Shown: positions 12,367 through 26,504 of the stretch, in pieces | How the letters are laid out: each line of letters begins with the position of its first letter | Numbering within the stretch: position 1 is the stretch's first letter | Source: the human T2T-CHM13v2.0 reference genome, Homo sapiens | Direction: 5' to 3' (one strand) | Length of the DNA: 64,000 bases | Assembly (NCBI RefSeq): GCF_009914755.1 | Contig: NC_060933.1 | Translations under genes and position numbers: made by a program | The notes under the pieces: model-generated | What the model was told of the DNA's origin: nothing | What the model saw: only the letters and a program-made list of their open reading frames with translations | Databases searched by the model: none

Positions 12367-13995
12367 CCACTGCCATCTTGTCAAACATATTTACATTGCT
12401 CAACTGACTTGGGAAGAAAACAAATTTCCAGTATGAGACTCTCTGGTGGGCCAAGCTGTTTCTCAAGGAGCATTGAGAAATAATAGCAACTCCAAATATT
12501 ACCTTGGGCAAGACAAGGCAAATGATATCCTTAACTTTGTTATCCAAGCATAGTTGAAAGAGTGTCTTCTTCCAGTTCTCTGTGTCTTTGACTCTGGCTA
12601 GACCCTCAGGGCCTGGCTACTGCCTTGCATACTAGATTCATGGGTATTTTCCTGAAGCTCCTTTGTAGCTCAAGCTGGGCCTGCTCTCCAGCAACTCAAA
12701 CTCAAGTAGAGCTTTTGGCCCACCATCTTTTATGATCTCCTAGCACTGTAGGGAAGGACACACTGTGTATATATGCACATTCGCACACTTGGGATACATG
12801 CTCTCTGAGGGGCTCTGGGAGGTCATGTTTCAAAGGCTTCCTGCATCTGGGGAGTCTGGGTTAAAGGCAGTTTCATGGGACAAACTCTCAGCTCAAATCT
12901 TGTCCTGCAGGGAGCTATGAGCCCTGAGTCCAGTAACTTTAATCTTCAATGCTATGGAATTGGGTAGAAAAAGACTAAATGAAATGCCTGTAATCACACA
13001 GCAAGTTAATTATGGAATCAAAAAATGATTTTTTGGCTGAAATGTCTGTTGCATGATTAAGAAGTTTCCTCTTTTCATTTTGCACTGCTCTTTATAAAGG
13101 AGCTTTATGTGCCCAGAGGAAAAGGGAAGATGGTGTAGATACTGATTTTCACTTAATAGAGTTCCCTTGGGATGTTTGTTAGTTTTGTCCCAGGCATTAA
13201 TGGTAGGTCTGCCTTCATGCACCTTTTCATCATGCTGATAGGAGGAAGAGAAACAAAAAAGAATCCTTCTTTCCCTGCTGCTTAAGACTGTAACTTGGGT
13301 TTGCCTTCTGTTTGTGTGCAACAGGCTTGGGAAGACAGGCCATCTCTCTCGTTCTCAGATGTTAAGGACTGGGACCAAATGAGAAGAAGAAAGCCAAGTA
13401 GGCGTTTCTCCCATGGTAGTTATCTTTAGTCTATGCTGAGGTCATGTCCCAGCATAAGAAAGTTGCCTGCTTATGGGCTTGGGGCCAAATTCACACTGAT
13501 TCTTGAAGTCTGGAAAATCACCAACCATTCCAGCATCTAGGATCAGACTTCTTCACAGGCACAACGACGGTTAAAATCCCCTGTGTTTTTGTCTTGCGTT
13601 TGTATATTTATATGTGGAAAATAGGTCCCGGGGAACTAGTCTTGTACAAAAAAGTGAATTACTATAAATACATATAATTTGTGAATATATGCATGTACGT
13701 ATAAACACACACTATAAAAGTTTTCTGTAGCGACAATGAACATGAGAGAAATTGATCATTTACATTTAAATTGAATAAATTGATGATTTATTGGAAGACA
13801 TGTTCCAAGAATGGTCTAGGTGTTATGAAAGGGCTTAATCTTCCAAACCGAAAGTGAATTCAGACCACCACTCAGTCACTATTGGCCAAACAATAGTCTA
13901 AGCAAGATTAGTTATTCTTTCTTTAGTTTTAGTAGAAGGCCTTGACGTAGAGCCATTTTTGCTTCATGACTGAAAATATTTGACTGCCATTTTCT

Positions 13996-14244
13996 TTTTT
14001 TACTTTTATTTTTATATATTTTAAAATTTAATTTATTTTTAAGTTTTTATGTATTTAGGGGGTACAAGTGCAGATTTCTTAAATGTATCTATCGCGTAGT
14101 GGTGACATCTGGGCTTTTAGTGTACCCATCACGTGAATAGTGAACACTGTACCTAATAACAGGTGATTGTCAACCCTCACCCCAACCTTCCACTCTCCCG
14201 CCATCCCACCTTTTGTAGTCTCCAGTGTTTATTATTCTGGTCTG
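13996..14244 (-). mobile_element. 5'-truncated L1PB/L1MA-type 3' end with a perfect 19-bp TSD
   Basis: T-rich tail followed by 'ggggtacaagtgcagatttctt...'. TSD tatttgactgccattttct at 13977-13995 and 14245-14263. Confidence 0.85.
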
Positions 14245-15779
14245 TATTTGACTGCCATTTTCTGAAGCCTGGAGAAAAGCATCTCTTCCCATGATTACAG
14301 CTAACATGTGGTGTGAATATGCAACCCAAGAGCAATTGACAGGAAATAGATAGCCTTAAGGAACTGAATCACTACCACTGTCGCCGTCTCTTTTGTATAT
14401 TAGCCTTGGCCATGCTAATCTTTAACATCATTGGGAACTAGAAAGCATTTGAAAATTGATTATAAGGACAACATAGTGTAAGATGATTTTATCGCTAGGG
14501 AGGCATCATCTAGGAAAGTCTTTGCCAGGAAGCGTTCTTTCTCATTCTAAATCCTAGGAGGCACAGGAGGAAAGCTAGGGATGAGTGCTCTGGATCATAA
14601 GGCACCAAAGGGATCCTGGAAACGCTATGATTACAGTGGCTTCCAGAGATGTGGTAGGAAAAATGTGAGCACCAGTGGTCAGCATGACCAACTTACAGGT
14701 CCAGCAAACTGGGTGGCCTGAGTGGTCATCACGATGGGAAAGACATGACCCATGGATCTATTTGTTCTGTGACAGCACAGTTAGGACTGTGCAGTCATGG
14801 GAGGTGACTAACAAACTCACTGACTCCATGGCCATGTGGCCAAGGGTGAGGTTCAGCTTGATTGTACAAAGTGTCACTCACTCTGCTGAGTGTGTATTTG
14901 GAAGAAGAGGCAAGTGAAATGTTAGAGACAGCAGCAGCCACTGTAAATGGAAATGAAGCATGCCAGGAGACCTGCCACAGATGAAAAGAAGCAAGCCAGG
15001 CACACAAGAAAGAAAGGTTGAAGGAAAACAGGACAAGGGCTGGAACTAGGGCTTTGCTAATTTTAGCTAGGTGCATCTACTGACCTCATAGTAACAGTAA
15101 TTGACAGTCCAACAAGAACAATAACTAGTTAGCACACAGTCAATTAGTTATTTTTCATCCTACATTGTTTAGCAAATATGTAAGTAGTTCACTCATAGGG
15201 TTCCAAGGCTTGTGCTTTCAAAGAACCAAATTAAAGAACTCTGTTCAAACATTATTACTAATCTTAAAATGGGCAGTTGCCATCCAGTTTGAAGGTTTTA
15301 TTCCAACTGTGTTTTCTCAAAACCATCATAACATTTGGGTGTTGGAAACAAAAGACATTAGGTGGATGGACACCAACCTGACTAGCATGGCTTTGATGCC
15401 TTGGCATGGAAAATCTTTATTGAGTCTTCCAGATGGCAAGAGGCACAGACAATCATTATATATTTGGCCTCTAAACTGAAAGTGTTCCTGGTACCAATAT
15501 TGGAAAAAAAAGAAGTGGTACTCATTTACTGAGCACCAACTATATATAATCTATTGCACTTGCTATGAATTTCTTTATATACTCTTATGTTTCCCTCACA
15601 GTATATCTGGGAGGTAGAATTACTATTCCTCTATTAAAGATAAGGAAACAGTGGTGTAAAGTTTCAAGTGAGATCTTCAACCCACTTTCTCACAGTTGCC
15701 CCCAGAGCCTGCCGCTGAGAACTTACAATTTGGAGAAACGACAGCTGCCACCAGGGGCTTACTGATTGGTGTGCTCTTT

Positions 15780-16012
15780 TTGAAGAATGAACAGAAGTAA
15801 AAGTCATACAGTTAGGAAAAGAGAATAAAACTGTCTTTATTCATAGAATAATGATTGTTTAGGTAGGAAATTAAGAAATCTACAAAAAGTTACTAGAACC
15901 AATAAGTGAATTTAGCAAGGTCTCAGGATAAAAGATCAATATAAAAACGTCTATTTCTATACACTAGCAATGGATGATTGAAAAATGACATTTAAAAACA
16001 TTTCACTTACAG
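15780..16012 (+). mobile_element. L1M ORF2 fragment
   Basis: 'aaaactgtctttattcatag...tactagaaccaataagtgaatttagcaaggtctcaggataaaagatcaatat'. Confidence 0.75.
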
Positions 16013-17572
16013 AATTCCTGGAAAGCATTAGGATCTGAATCATTTATCATTACGGTAGTCTTCTATCCAGAAGAAAAAGGGAGTCAACAGAGAAGAGTTG
16101 CTAGGAAAGTCAAATGTCTACATTTTACTTCCAAAGAGTTGAGAATCCTCAGACTCTTTACACCATGCCCAGAGATACTAAATAATTTGCCCAAATCCAC
16201 ACAACTAGTAAGCCCAAAAACTGGGATTTGAATTTTGGCATCTTTGATTAAAAAAATGTCTAGTTTTTTCCACAGCGCCCCTGCAATTAATTAAAGTGTT
16301 TCCCTGTGTACTGCAAATGGTGGAACACCTTATCTGCTCTTTATTCCAAGAGCCCAAAGGTTCAAAAATTGTTTCCGAACTCTCAGAATTTCCATTTGGC
16401 TCTTGGTTGGCATTCAAAGTCCAATAGTATAATAATGCTGTCTCATATTTGAACAATATAGTTTATTAAACTTTCCCATGTATTACCTCATTTGGTTCTC
16501 ACAATAACTTGTGGATAAGAAATGGTTAAAATTATCTCAATTTTATAGCTGATGCATAGCTAGACCCAGATGAAAATCTACTTTGAAAACATCAACTCAG
16601 AAAGAGCACCAGACTTTGCTGACATAGACAGGGTTTTGTTAATTCAAGTAGTTCATTGACTTAGACAACATCTAAGCATTGAAATTTATTTAAGAAAGTA
16701 CAGGTTGTTATATTCATTTACTTAAACCAGTACTCTAAGGAAGATGGGGAAACGGAAGTGTGGCCTCATGTTTTAGAGAATGCCATCAATTGTAAAAAGA
16801 AATAGGAAACTCATTTTTAATATGCCTATTTAAAAAAAATAGATGTCATGACTGAAGGCTTTACTCATCCAAAGCTGAACTATTCCTTGGTATATAGGTG
16901 TATAGATCACTGATTCAAAACATTCAAGAGTTAGAAAGGGATCTTAGAGGTCTCCTAGTTGAACCTGCTCTTTCCTAGTTGAGGGAACAGAAGCTCCAGG
17001 ATTTTCAATGATTATTTCTGGTCACACCACTAATTAGTGGCAGAATTGGTCTTGGAATCCAATTAGAGCCAGACTCCAGGCCAGTTCTATGATACACCCC
17101 AAGCTCAGGAATTTCTTCCTCCTCTTTTTAATTTCTATGAGACACTTTCAATAATAACTTTGAGGTCTCTAGTTCTGAGTGGCCATGATTTTGTAATGCA
17201 AGTGATGCTAGCTCAGAAACTCCATGCCTGGCCCTCTCTAGACACCCAAGGGAAGGGCTGCAGAACGTGGGCAACTCCCAGGGCTTTTGAGGCCCTGGAG
17301 CTTCCCACCCGGAACACAAAATACACTGTCATGTGTCATCTTGCTTTGTGACTTCTCATCTTAAGGTCTTGTCAAAGCTGGCCACGTAGGCCTTTGAAAA
17401 TATCATAGAGTTCTTTGAAGTAGGTTGTTTACTTTTCTTGAAACACATCTGTGATTCATCTTATTTGCATTTTAAAATGTAAGTGTTTTGGCCAGCAATT
17501 TGAGGGAGAAGTCCAATAGAAAATCAGTATACCAGTCCAATTTGACAGCTTTCATCTAATCTATCATCACTT

Positions 17573-18384
<812 letters not shown>

Positions 18385-18409
18385 AGACTTTTGCTTTTTT
18401 AAAAAACTA

Positions 18410-19300
18410 GATTTTTTAAATTGAGGTATGATTTACATCCAAGGAAATGCACAGATCTCAAATTTGTTTTGAAGGTATCTGGCAATTTTATACTCTGCAA
18501 CTATCATGCAAACCTAGACATAGAGGATTTTCATCACCTCAGAAAGTTTATTTGTGATGCTTTCTAGTCAATTCTCCACCTGCTCCCAGCCCAGAGGTAA
18601 CCAGTGTTCTGATTTCTATCACTATTCTGGAACTTTGTAAAAATGAAATTATGCATGCTTTTGAGTCTGGGTTTCTTTCACTCAATGGAATGTTTTAGAG
18701 ATTCACCTGTGTTGTTGCAAATATCCATCGTTCATTGCTGGGTAGTACTCCATTGTGTAATTATATCACCACAAGTTTATTCATTTTCCTGTTGATGGGT
18801 AATTAGATTGTTTCTTGGTTTTGGCTATTTTCAATAAAGCTGCCGTGAATATTCTTGAACAGGTCTTATTGTGCATATACGTTTGCATTTCTCTTGGGTA
18901 CATACCTAGGATTGAAACTGCTGGGTCATAGGGCGACAGATGTTTTAACTTTATATGAAACTGCTGAACAGTTTTCCCAAGCGATGGAACAATTTTATGC
19001 TCCCACCAGCAAAGTGTAAGAGCTTCCATTGTTCCACATGTTCACTGACATTTGGTTATGTCTGGTGGGTTTGTTTGTTTTTGTTCTAATCATTCTGGAC
19101 AGTGTTCTGTGTAAGAAATATCTGTCTACTCCAAGATCGTGAAAGGATTTTCTCGTAGAAACATTATAGGTCTTAGCATTTAGGTTTTAGCTCTAAGATC
19201 CATCTTAAATTAATTTTTGTGAATGCTGTAAGGTGGAGGAAAGAAGCAGATATCCAATTCCACATTATTTGTGAAAAACACTGTATTTTCCCATTGAATT
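18410..19300 (-). mobile_element. L1M (L1MB/MC-like) 3' region
   Basis: L1 3' UTR and ORF2 end in reverse; ORF 18781..19029 resembles the L1 ORF2 C-terminus. Confidence 0.8.
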
Positions 19301-19613
19301 GTCTCAGCAGAAGGAGTTTGCTTTTATTCCAAGTGAGAAGAAAGTTGCTGGGGTGTCTTAAATTTTCCTCAAGGCAATAATAGTTGTCTTGCATAATAGT
19401 GGTCTACTTTGCATATTAGATGTTTATTGCACTTTTAATACACATGTGCATGCACATTGCACACACTTTGAGAACAGGAACTACATCTTGCTTTTATTTT
19501 TATCCTCAACTTCAGTACCTAGAGCAGTGCTTGGCAAACCATAATCAATGAAAGAATGAATGAATGAATTCCAGCAAATGACATAACTTTTTATTTTCCT
19601 GTGTAGCCTGTGG

Positions 19614-19681
19614 ATGTACTCATTTGTCTGTGATGTACTCACATGTATGTACTCACATGTACAAATGAGTACATGTGATGT

Positions 19682-19728
<47 letters not shown>

Positions 19729-19996
19729 CACAGCCACTTGAGTCGACTGAAGAGATCAGAGAAGAAAAGAAGTGAGGCAGCATTTACTACAACCTAAAAG
19801 CCAAGCCTCAGAAGAAGTGAGAGCCTGGAACTATGAGCCTTATGTATGAGCAGCTCTTGTACAAAAGAGAAGTGAGATAAAATGGGTCAGGAGTCTAAAA
19901 GATGGCAATCCCAGTTTACCTTTGCTTTTATCCTACTTTGATCAAATAATGAGTACATGTGATGTTCTCTTTGTCAAATGTACTCATTTGTCTGTG
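19614..19996. other. Composite templated insertion flanked by a 19-bp direct repeat
   Basis: atgtactcatttgtctgtg at 19614-19632 and 19978-19996. It encloses the reverse complement of 22795-22938 and a direct copy of 25849-25952. Confidence 0.88.
19685..19725. repeat. (CA)n microsatellite
   Basis: About 20 CA units. Confidence 0.95.
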
Positions 19997-21389
19997 TTCT
20001 ATATGGCTCCCACACATACTATGACCATTTCCACTTGAGGTTGTTAGTCTCAGATTTATGGGTCATTGATAATGTACATGCAGGATTATATATTTCTTAT
20101 ATATACCACATAAACCTATGCTGGCCCCTTACATGGTTAACTTAGCTGCTATTTTTGTTTTCACTTCTACATGCCATATTTGGGGTAGAGAAGATTAAAA
20201 AGCATATGTGGACAACACAGAAATGGCATCTGGAAAGCAGCCGTGTTGCAGCACTCTCAACTTCCCTTGAAAATTTCCAGAAAGGCTCAGAAACAAGAAA
20301 AAAATCTCACCACAGCCACAAAAAGCATGCTTGTCAGACAGCCTGTTGCCAAGACCCAGGAGCCACCTCCCTGAGGGAAGCAGAGATAGAAGGAGTGGAG
20401 AAAGGCTTTTATGCCTCCCCTGGAGTTTTCCATTTACAGAGCCCCTTGGTCTATTCCAGCCAGAAAGCTGAGTCCCCCTCCCATTTTTCAAGGAGCTGAT
20501 TCCTTTTAAGGCAGGCAAAAAGCTGCTTCCCATTCACCCTTCCTTCTTTCTCTATTCACCCAACCTCCACAACTCCCCAAATCCAGTAGGATAAAAAAAG
20601 GGAGGGATCTTTTTCCCTCCCTTGAAGCATGTGTAAAGCTTAACTGCATCCTGGGAAGTGTAGTTCCAGCACTTAGGTGGATCCAAGAAGTAAGATTTAT
20701 GGCAGAAGTATTCTACATGCTGGGATTGTAGCTTTTCATGCACAGGGTGTTGAGTCAGCATCTCAAAGAATCAGACAATGACGGTTAGGAGCAATACCCC
20801 ACCCGTGCAGAGCTGCATTAGAATTTAGAGTTAGGTTAGAAGCTGCGCAAACACCTGTTCTGCAGCTGCAGGTGTGAGATCATCATACAAATGGAGGGCC
20901 GGCATTGATGAAGCCAACCCCATACCATGTATGACTGCTGCCTCAAAGTCTCAAGAAAGCTCACCTTATTTAAATATTTATATTGAAGAAGTAAGTTATA
21001 GGAAAGACTACTTGGAATCAGTGAAAAAATTGTTGAAGACCCCAGGATGTCTATTTCAGGAACCAGGAGAAAGTTTCAAAAATTTTCAAAATATCTTTTG
21101 AAATGTAAGCCTTCCTTAGGCAGGCAACACTTTCTACCTTGCATTATGGTTGTTTGTGTGCAACGTCTTAATACACATAGGCATATACATACATCTGCCT
21201 GCACACTTTGATAACAGGAGACATGTCTTTCTTTTATTTACATTCCTAACATCAGAGCCCAGCACACTGCTTGGAATGTCATAGGAACTCAGTGAATGAA
21301 TAAAGAATGAATTCCAGCAAATGACAAAATTTGCTCTTTTTTTCTTATTGAGTATGTGGATGTTCTCATTTATCTATGTTCTATTTGGC

Positions 21390-21850
21390 CTTTAAGAAAA
21401 CAGAAATGGAAAACCACAAGGTCATAGGCATGGGAGTGGGAGTGAGGTGAAAATGAAAATGTGAAATGGATAAAATCTGACTGAAAGTTAACAACTCAAG
21501 AGCAGAATTAAAATTCGTATTAGAGTCAACAAATAACTGAACTAAACCAGAGAAGAACTGAATAATGATTGGAGAGGATAAACTGGAAATCTCTCTCAGA
21601 ATGCAGAGAAAAGGGAAAAAGCTATCCATGTGATAGGAGAGATATTGTTAGATGTGGAGGGCAGAGAATGGAGTTCCAACCTCAAAATTATAGGTATTTT
21701 GAGTTAGTAAGAATAACTGAAACAGAAATAATTATAAAGACTTTGAAGAAACAATTTTCTGTACTAAAACAAAGAATATGGTTGTCATACTCCAGGCAAA
21801 ATGAATAACAATTTTTTTATGACAAAGAGAAAGAAAAATATCTTGCAGAT
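21390..21850 (+). mobile_element. Degenerate L1M ORF1-region fragment
   Basis: A-rich; 'aacaactcaagagcagaattaaaattcgtattagag...ctggaaatctctctcagaatgcag'. Confidence 0.45.
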
Positions 21851-22627
21851 CTCAGCTGATATCATCTAGCTGCATGGCGTGGGCAATTTTCGGAGCCTAA
21901 TTTTCTTCATCTTTAAAGGGGAAAGTTTCCAGAGAGTCACTAGATCCCTGCTAGACGTGACTATTTTATGATTTCATAAATGTTTGGAGGACTAGAGGGT
22001 CTAAGACAGCAATTGACTATTTTAACATCTCATTTGAGATAGAACAAGCAAAGAACAATTGCAAGTCCTCCCAAACAAGGCTTTATTGCCCCTTAATATA
22101 ATTTGCTCCAGTGCATTAACTGGGATTCCAGGAATGTTCTAAGCACCCCAGATGTTCTCATAGTAACATCAGGACCTCACAGCCTCTGGCAACACTACCT
22201 GTTTTTGACTTCATGTGGAGCAGAAACCTCCTGATCACAATGATGTCTGTCAAATCCAGCATTAAGATTTTGAACACTAGGACCCTCCAACCTCCCAGCA
22301 GATTTTGGCACACTTCTTGCTCTCTCCTCTCTTCCGGAAGACTCTAGGACTAAGGCATCTTCTCCATGAGCTCCCTCTAAGTCCATGCATGCCCTCAGTC
22401 CCAATAATTTTTGGCTTCCAGAGCTCCTTCTTCTCAGCCCAGGCACCAAGCAACTTTTCAGCATTTATTCAGCATTTAAATCAACCTCAACAGTGAACAC
22501 AGCCTTCCTTTTTGCTCATTTTCAGAGCCCAGCGATTTCATAGAATGGCAGGGCATCAGGTCCAGATCATTTAGACCACTGCCATGACCAGCGATAGGTA
22601 TGGACTCCACTTAAAAATAAGGCTCGT

Positions 22628-22790
22628 AGCCGGGCATGGTGGCACAAGTCTGTCATCCTAGCTACTCAGGAGGCTGAGGCAGGAGAATTGCTTGAACCTA
22701 GGAGGCAGAGGTTGTAGTCAGCTGAGGTCGTGCCACTGCACTCCAGCCTGGGCATCAAAGTGAGACTCTGTCTCAAAAATAAAAAAAAAT
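22628..22790 (+). mobile_element. Alu right monomer (5'-truncated Alu or FRAM) with a 17-bp TSD
   Basis: TSD aaaaataaggctc(g/a)tag at 22613-22629 and 22791-22807; TT|AAAAA endonuclease site at 22611. Confidence 0.9.
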
Positions 22791-22910
22791 AAAAATAAGG
22801 CTCATAGTTCCAGGCTCTCATTTCTTCTGAGGCTTGGCTTCTAGGTTGGAGTGAATGCTGCCTCACTTCTTTTCTTCTCTGATCTCTTAAGTCGACTCTA
22901 GTGGCTGTCA

Positions 22911-22938
22911 GTGTGTGTGTGTGTGTGTGTGTGTGTGT
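22911..22938. repeat. (GT)n microsatellite
   Basis: About 14 GT units; this is the donor of the 19685 (CA)n. Confidence 0.95.
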
Positions 22939-24104
22939 AGGAATAGGCATGAATTTACCAGCCAGAATATACACACACACCCTTTCCTGTCTTGTCGTGT
23001 CCTGTTTTAGGTTATTCAAAATGTTATTCAGTGGCCACATTTACAGCAATAATAAAAATAGGCAGAAGTCATCAACACTATGAATAGTAAACACATTTAG
23101 AAAAAGGTGGCAGACAATAACGACGTCTGGGAAGTGTTTCAGTGGAGTCTTTCCTCACATGAGCACGCAGTGGTGTGGCTGCCAGAACTCCCTGGCTTCT
23201 GTACTTGATTTACACAATGGTCTGGGTTGCCCTAGTTGTAACCATGCAGCTTGGCTCTGGGCTTCATAAATTCAGACCCCAGAATACAGTTTATTTATGT
23301 TATGACTCCATCCAAAACGTTGCAAAGAAGCCAACTCCCTTCATCCCATTAAAAAGGTATAATATGTATTTTTACTAGCCTGCAGAGCTTGGCATTCAGA
23401 GGTAACAATATGTGCTTTGTTACTCTGCAGGTTTGCCGTGAAGTGTGCTGTAATCTTTGCCAGGGGTGTGCTGCTCTCTCCCAGGAGGGTTCACAGCCCG
23501 GGAGGAACACTTCAGACTGCTTAACGACTTGCTCGGGCCTTGCCTTATATGGAATTTTTCCTTCTGCACAAGAGAATGACAACCACTTAGAGTGACAGCC
23601 AGCAGGGAACAGATGACAGCCAAAAATCCACTGTGCTCTTGGTCCCAGGATGTCCTATCTGACTTGAACTTTTGCTGTTTAGGCTTGCTCTCTGATAATG
23701 AATTTGGGAATGCCAACAGGTTTGGAGGAATAGGAGTCACTTAGAAAAGCTAGCCAGATAACTCCATTTTAGAAAGCATGGGGGAATGTCTTTCCCATTA
23801 ATCCTGGTAAGTTAGTTAACAAGCACAGGGCACAATAGGTCCCCAAATAAATGGAAGAAATGGTGCAAAATGCAAGCTACAAAGTAGGTGTTTGATCATA
23901 CACATTCATATTTTATTATTTAATTTGATTCAATCTTAGGGTCAGAGCTAACAGAAATAAATATATTTATTATTATTATTGATCAATAATTATTAGAACC
24001 ATAAAGAAGTGTCCTCACACTCAGAGTCTAGTGTGCTAGCCCAGTAGAGAGACACCAATGATATCCCCAGGAGGTGGAAGGGAGGTTGGTGTGGATCTGG
24101 TTCA

Positions 24105-24310
24105 GGCACTGCTGTAAATGCTTTAGATCTACTGTCTCAGTGAATCATCACCACAACCCTATGAGATAGTCCTATTTTATCTTCATTTTGCAGATGAGGA
24201 AACTAAGGCACAGGGAGACTAAGAAACTTGCCCAAAGTCACACAGCTAGGTGTGGCTAGATGTGGCTTCTAGTTGGCAGCAGCCTAGAGTTCAAATACAG
24301 GCAGTCTTGC
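24105..24310 (-). mobile_element. MIR
   Basis: 'cattttgcagatgaggaaactaaggcacag...cttgcccaaagtcacacagcta'. Confidence 0.8.
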
Positions 24311-25084
24311 TCTATGAAGATTTTAACAGGCACAGGTGGAAGAGGGCAGTGCGTGTGGCAGAGATGTCAGCAAGAACATGAGAAAGGCATGGAGTAGAGA
24401 ACAGGGACATGTCCAGTTGGATTGGAGTATGGGTAAGAGGGTTGGAGGAAAATTACACCATAAACACAAGCTACTGCCATATTGTGGAGGGCCATGAATG
24501 CTGATGTGAATATACTGTAATAAATATTGCTAATAATAAAAGCCAATATTTCTATGGTTTTATATTGTGTATAATATCTGTAATAGCCTAGCTTTGTTTT
24601 TACAGGTGCCCAAAAAGGCCACCAGCAGATGGATTCACTAGGCTCATTTCTCTTTGCCCTTGTCTTTCAAGTGGTTTATGTCAGGCTAGCCCCCAGGCCA
24701 CCACGCTGATTTTCAGTTAAAAAGTCACTGGTATTGAGGTTTTTTAAAATTATAAATGCCTTCTTAAACAGATGTTTTACTCTAGAAATGTTTGTTAAAA
24801 TATATTCTATTCAATTTCTAGTAATGGTTAGCAAATTTGCCTTGACGTTCTTGGTGTTCCTGTCTTGGCATTCATGCAGAATTTGATATAAAATTATATA
24901 TACTCATAAGAAGAACCAAAGAACCAAATAGTTCTTCTTGCCAGTCACTTGGAGATTACAAAACAGCATTTCTGAGTAGAAGGCATAATCAAATATGATT
25001 TCATGAACTGATGCATATATGAGTTAGAGGCCAAGAAATATTGAATCATGAAGTAAAGTTCTTCTCATTTCTAAAATACTGTAA

Positions 25085-25393
<309 letters not shown>

Positions 25394-25799
25394 GGCTATA
25401 TGTCCATAATTTTAAAGATTACAAATGACTCTATCAAAAGTTATTCTGTTGACAGTTTCAACACAATATTTACCAGTTGAAACTGATTTTTATGCTCTTG
25501 GAAGCTGGTGGCCACCTTCTTATATGTATGTTTGGTTTATTCTAGGATACTTAGTTGATTAACCACTTGGAATGAAGTAGAGTTGTGTTTTCTTTTTTTT
25601 CTTTTTTTAACTGTAGCAGAGTGACCAAGCATGCAAAGGAGGGAGAGAGAATATGATCCATGGCAAATGCAAATACCCCCTATACTCTTTCCATCTGGAC
25701 TTGGTGAATTGGGCTGCCCTTCTGCAGTTGAGGGTACATGAACAGCCCAGTTTCTCATTCCCAAAAGGACACTAGGGTTTGCAGGGAATGACGCACTAC

Positions 25800-25862
25800 A
25801 GGGGTTCCCAAGACAGCTGGGGCATCGGCCTTAAACATGAGGCGATAGGAGCAGCTCTTGTA
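25800..25862 (+). repeat. ~62-bp dispersed direct duplication (partner 26520-26582)
   Basis: aagaca(g/a)ctggggcatc(g/a)gccttaaacatgaggcgataggagc(a/g)gctcttgta is shared. Confidence 0.9.
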
Positions 25863-26112
25863 CAGAAGAGGAGTGAGATAACATGGGTCAGGAGTCTAAA
25901 AGATGGCGATCCCAGTTTACCTTTGCTTTTATTCTACTTTGATCAAATAATGTGTGATGCTAACATCATTGTATTGGAAATAGAATCATGATGCTTCCTA
26001 AGTTAAATGGCAGATTGCATGTACTGTCATGTGTCCTATCTGTCATGATGCTGACAGTTACACAATTTTGCTCTGGAAACTGGGAATTACACTTTGATTT
26101 TGGGGTAGAGGG

Positions 26113-26504
26113 TGTTATATTGGCTTGCTAGGCTGCCATAACAAAGTACCAGAGACTGGGTGGCTTAAACAACAGAAACTTTTTTGCTCACAATTCTGGA
26201 GTCTGGAAGGCCAAAATCAAAGTGTTGGCAGGATTAGTTTCTTCTGAGGCCTCTCTCTTTGGCTTATGGATGGCCATCTTCTCCCTGTGTCTTCACCTGG
26301 TCCTCCCTCTGTGCAAGGTTATGTCTTAATTTCCTATTCTTATAAAGACTCCAGCCATATTGGATTAAGGCCCACTCTGATGATCTCATTGTGACTTAAT
26401 TGCCTCTTTAAAGACCTTATCTCCAAATACAGTCACATTCTGAGATACTGGGGATAAGGACATCAACAGATGAATTTTGGGAGGACACAATTCAGCCCAT
26501 ATCA
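26113..26504 (-). mobile_element. MLT1A/B-type MaLR solo LTR
   Basis: 'ggctgccataacaaagtaccagagactgggtggcttaaacaacagaaa...gacacaattcagcccatatca'. Confidence 0.85.

Noticed and set aside
19614-19996. CRISPR-like or new transposon reading of the repeat-bounded captured fragments
   Set aside because: The DNA is eukaryotic, there is no regular repeat-spacer period, cas gene, terminal inverted repeat or poly-A tail, and the donors are local. A repair scar explains it better.
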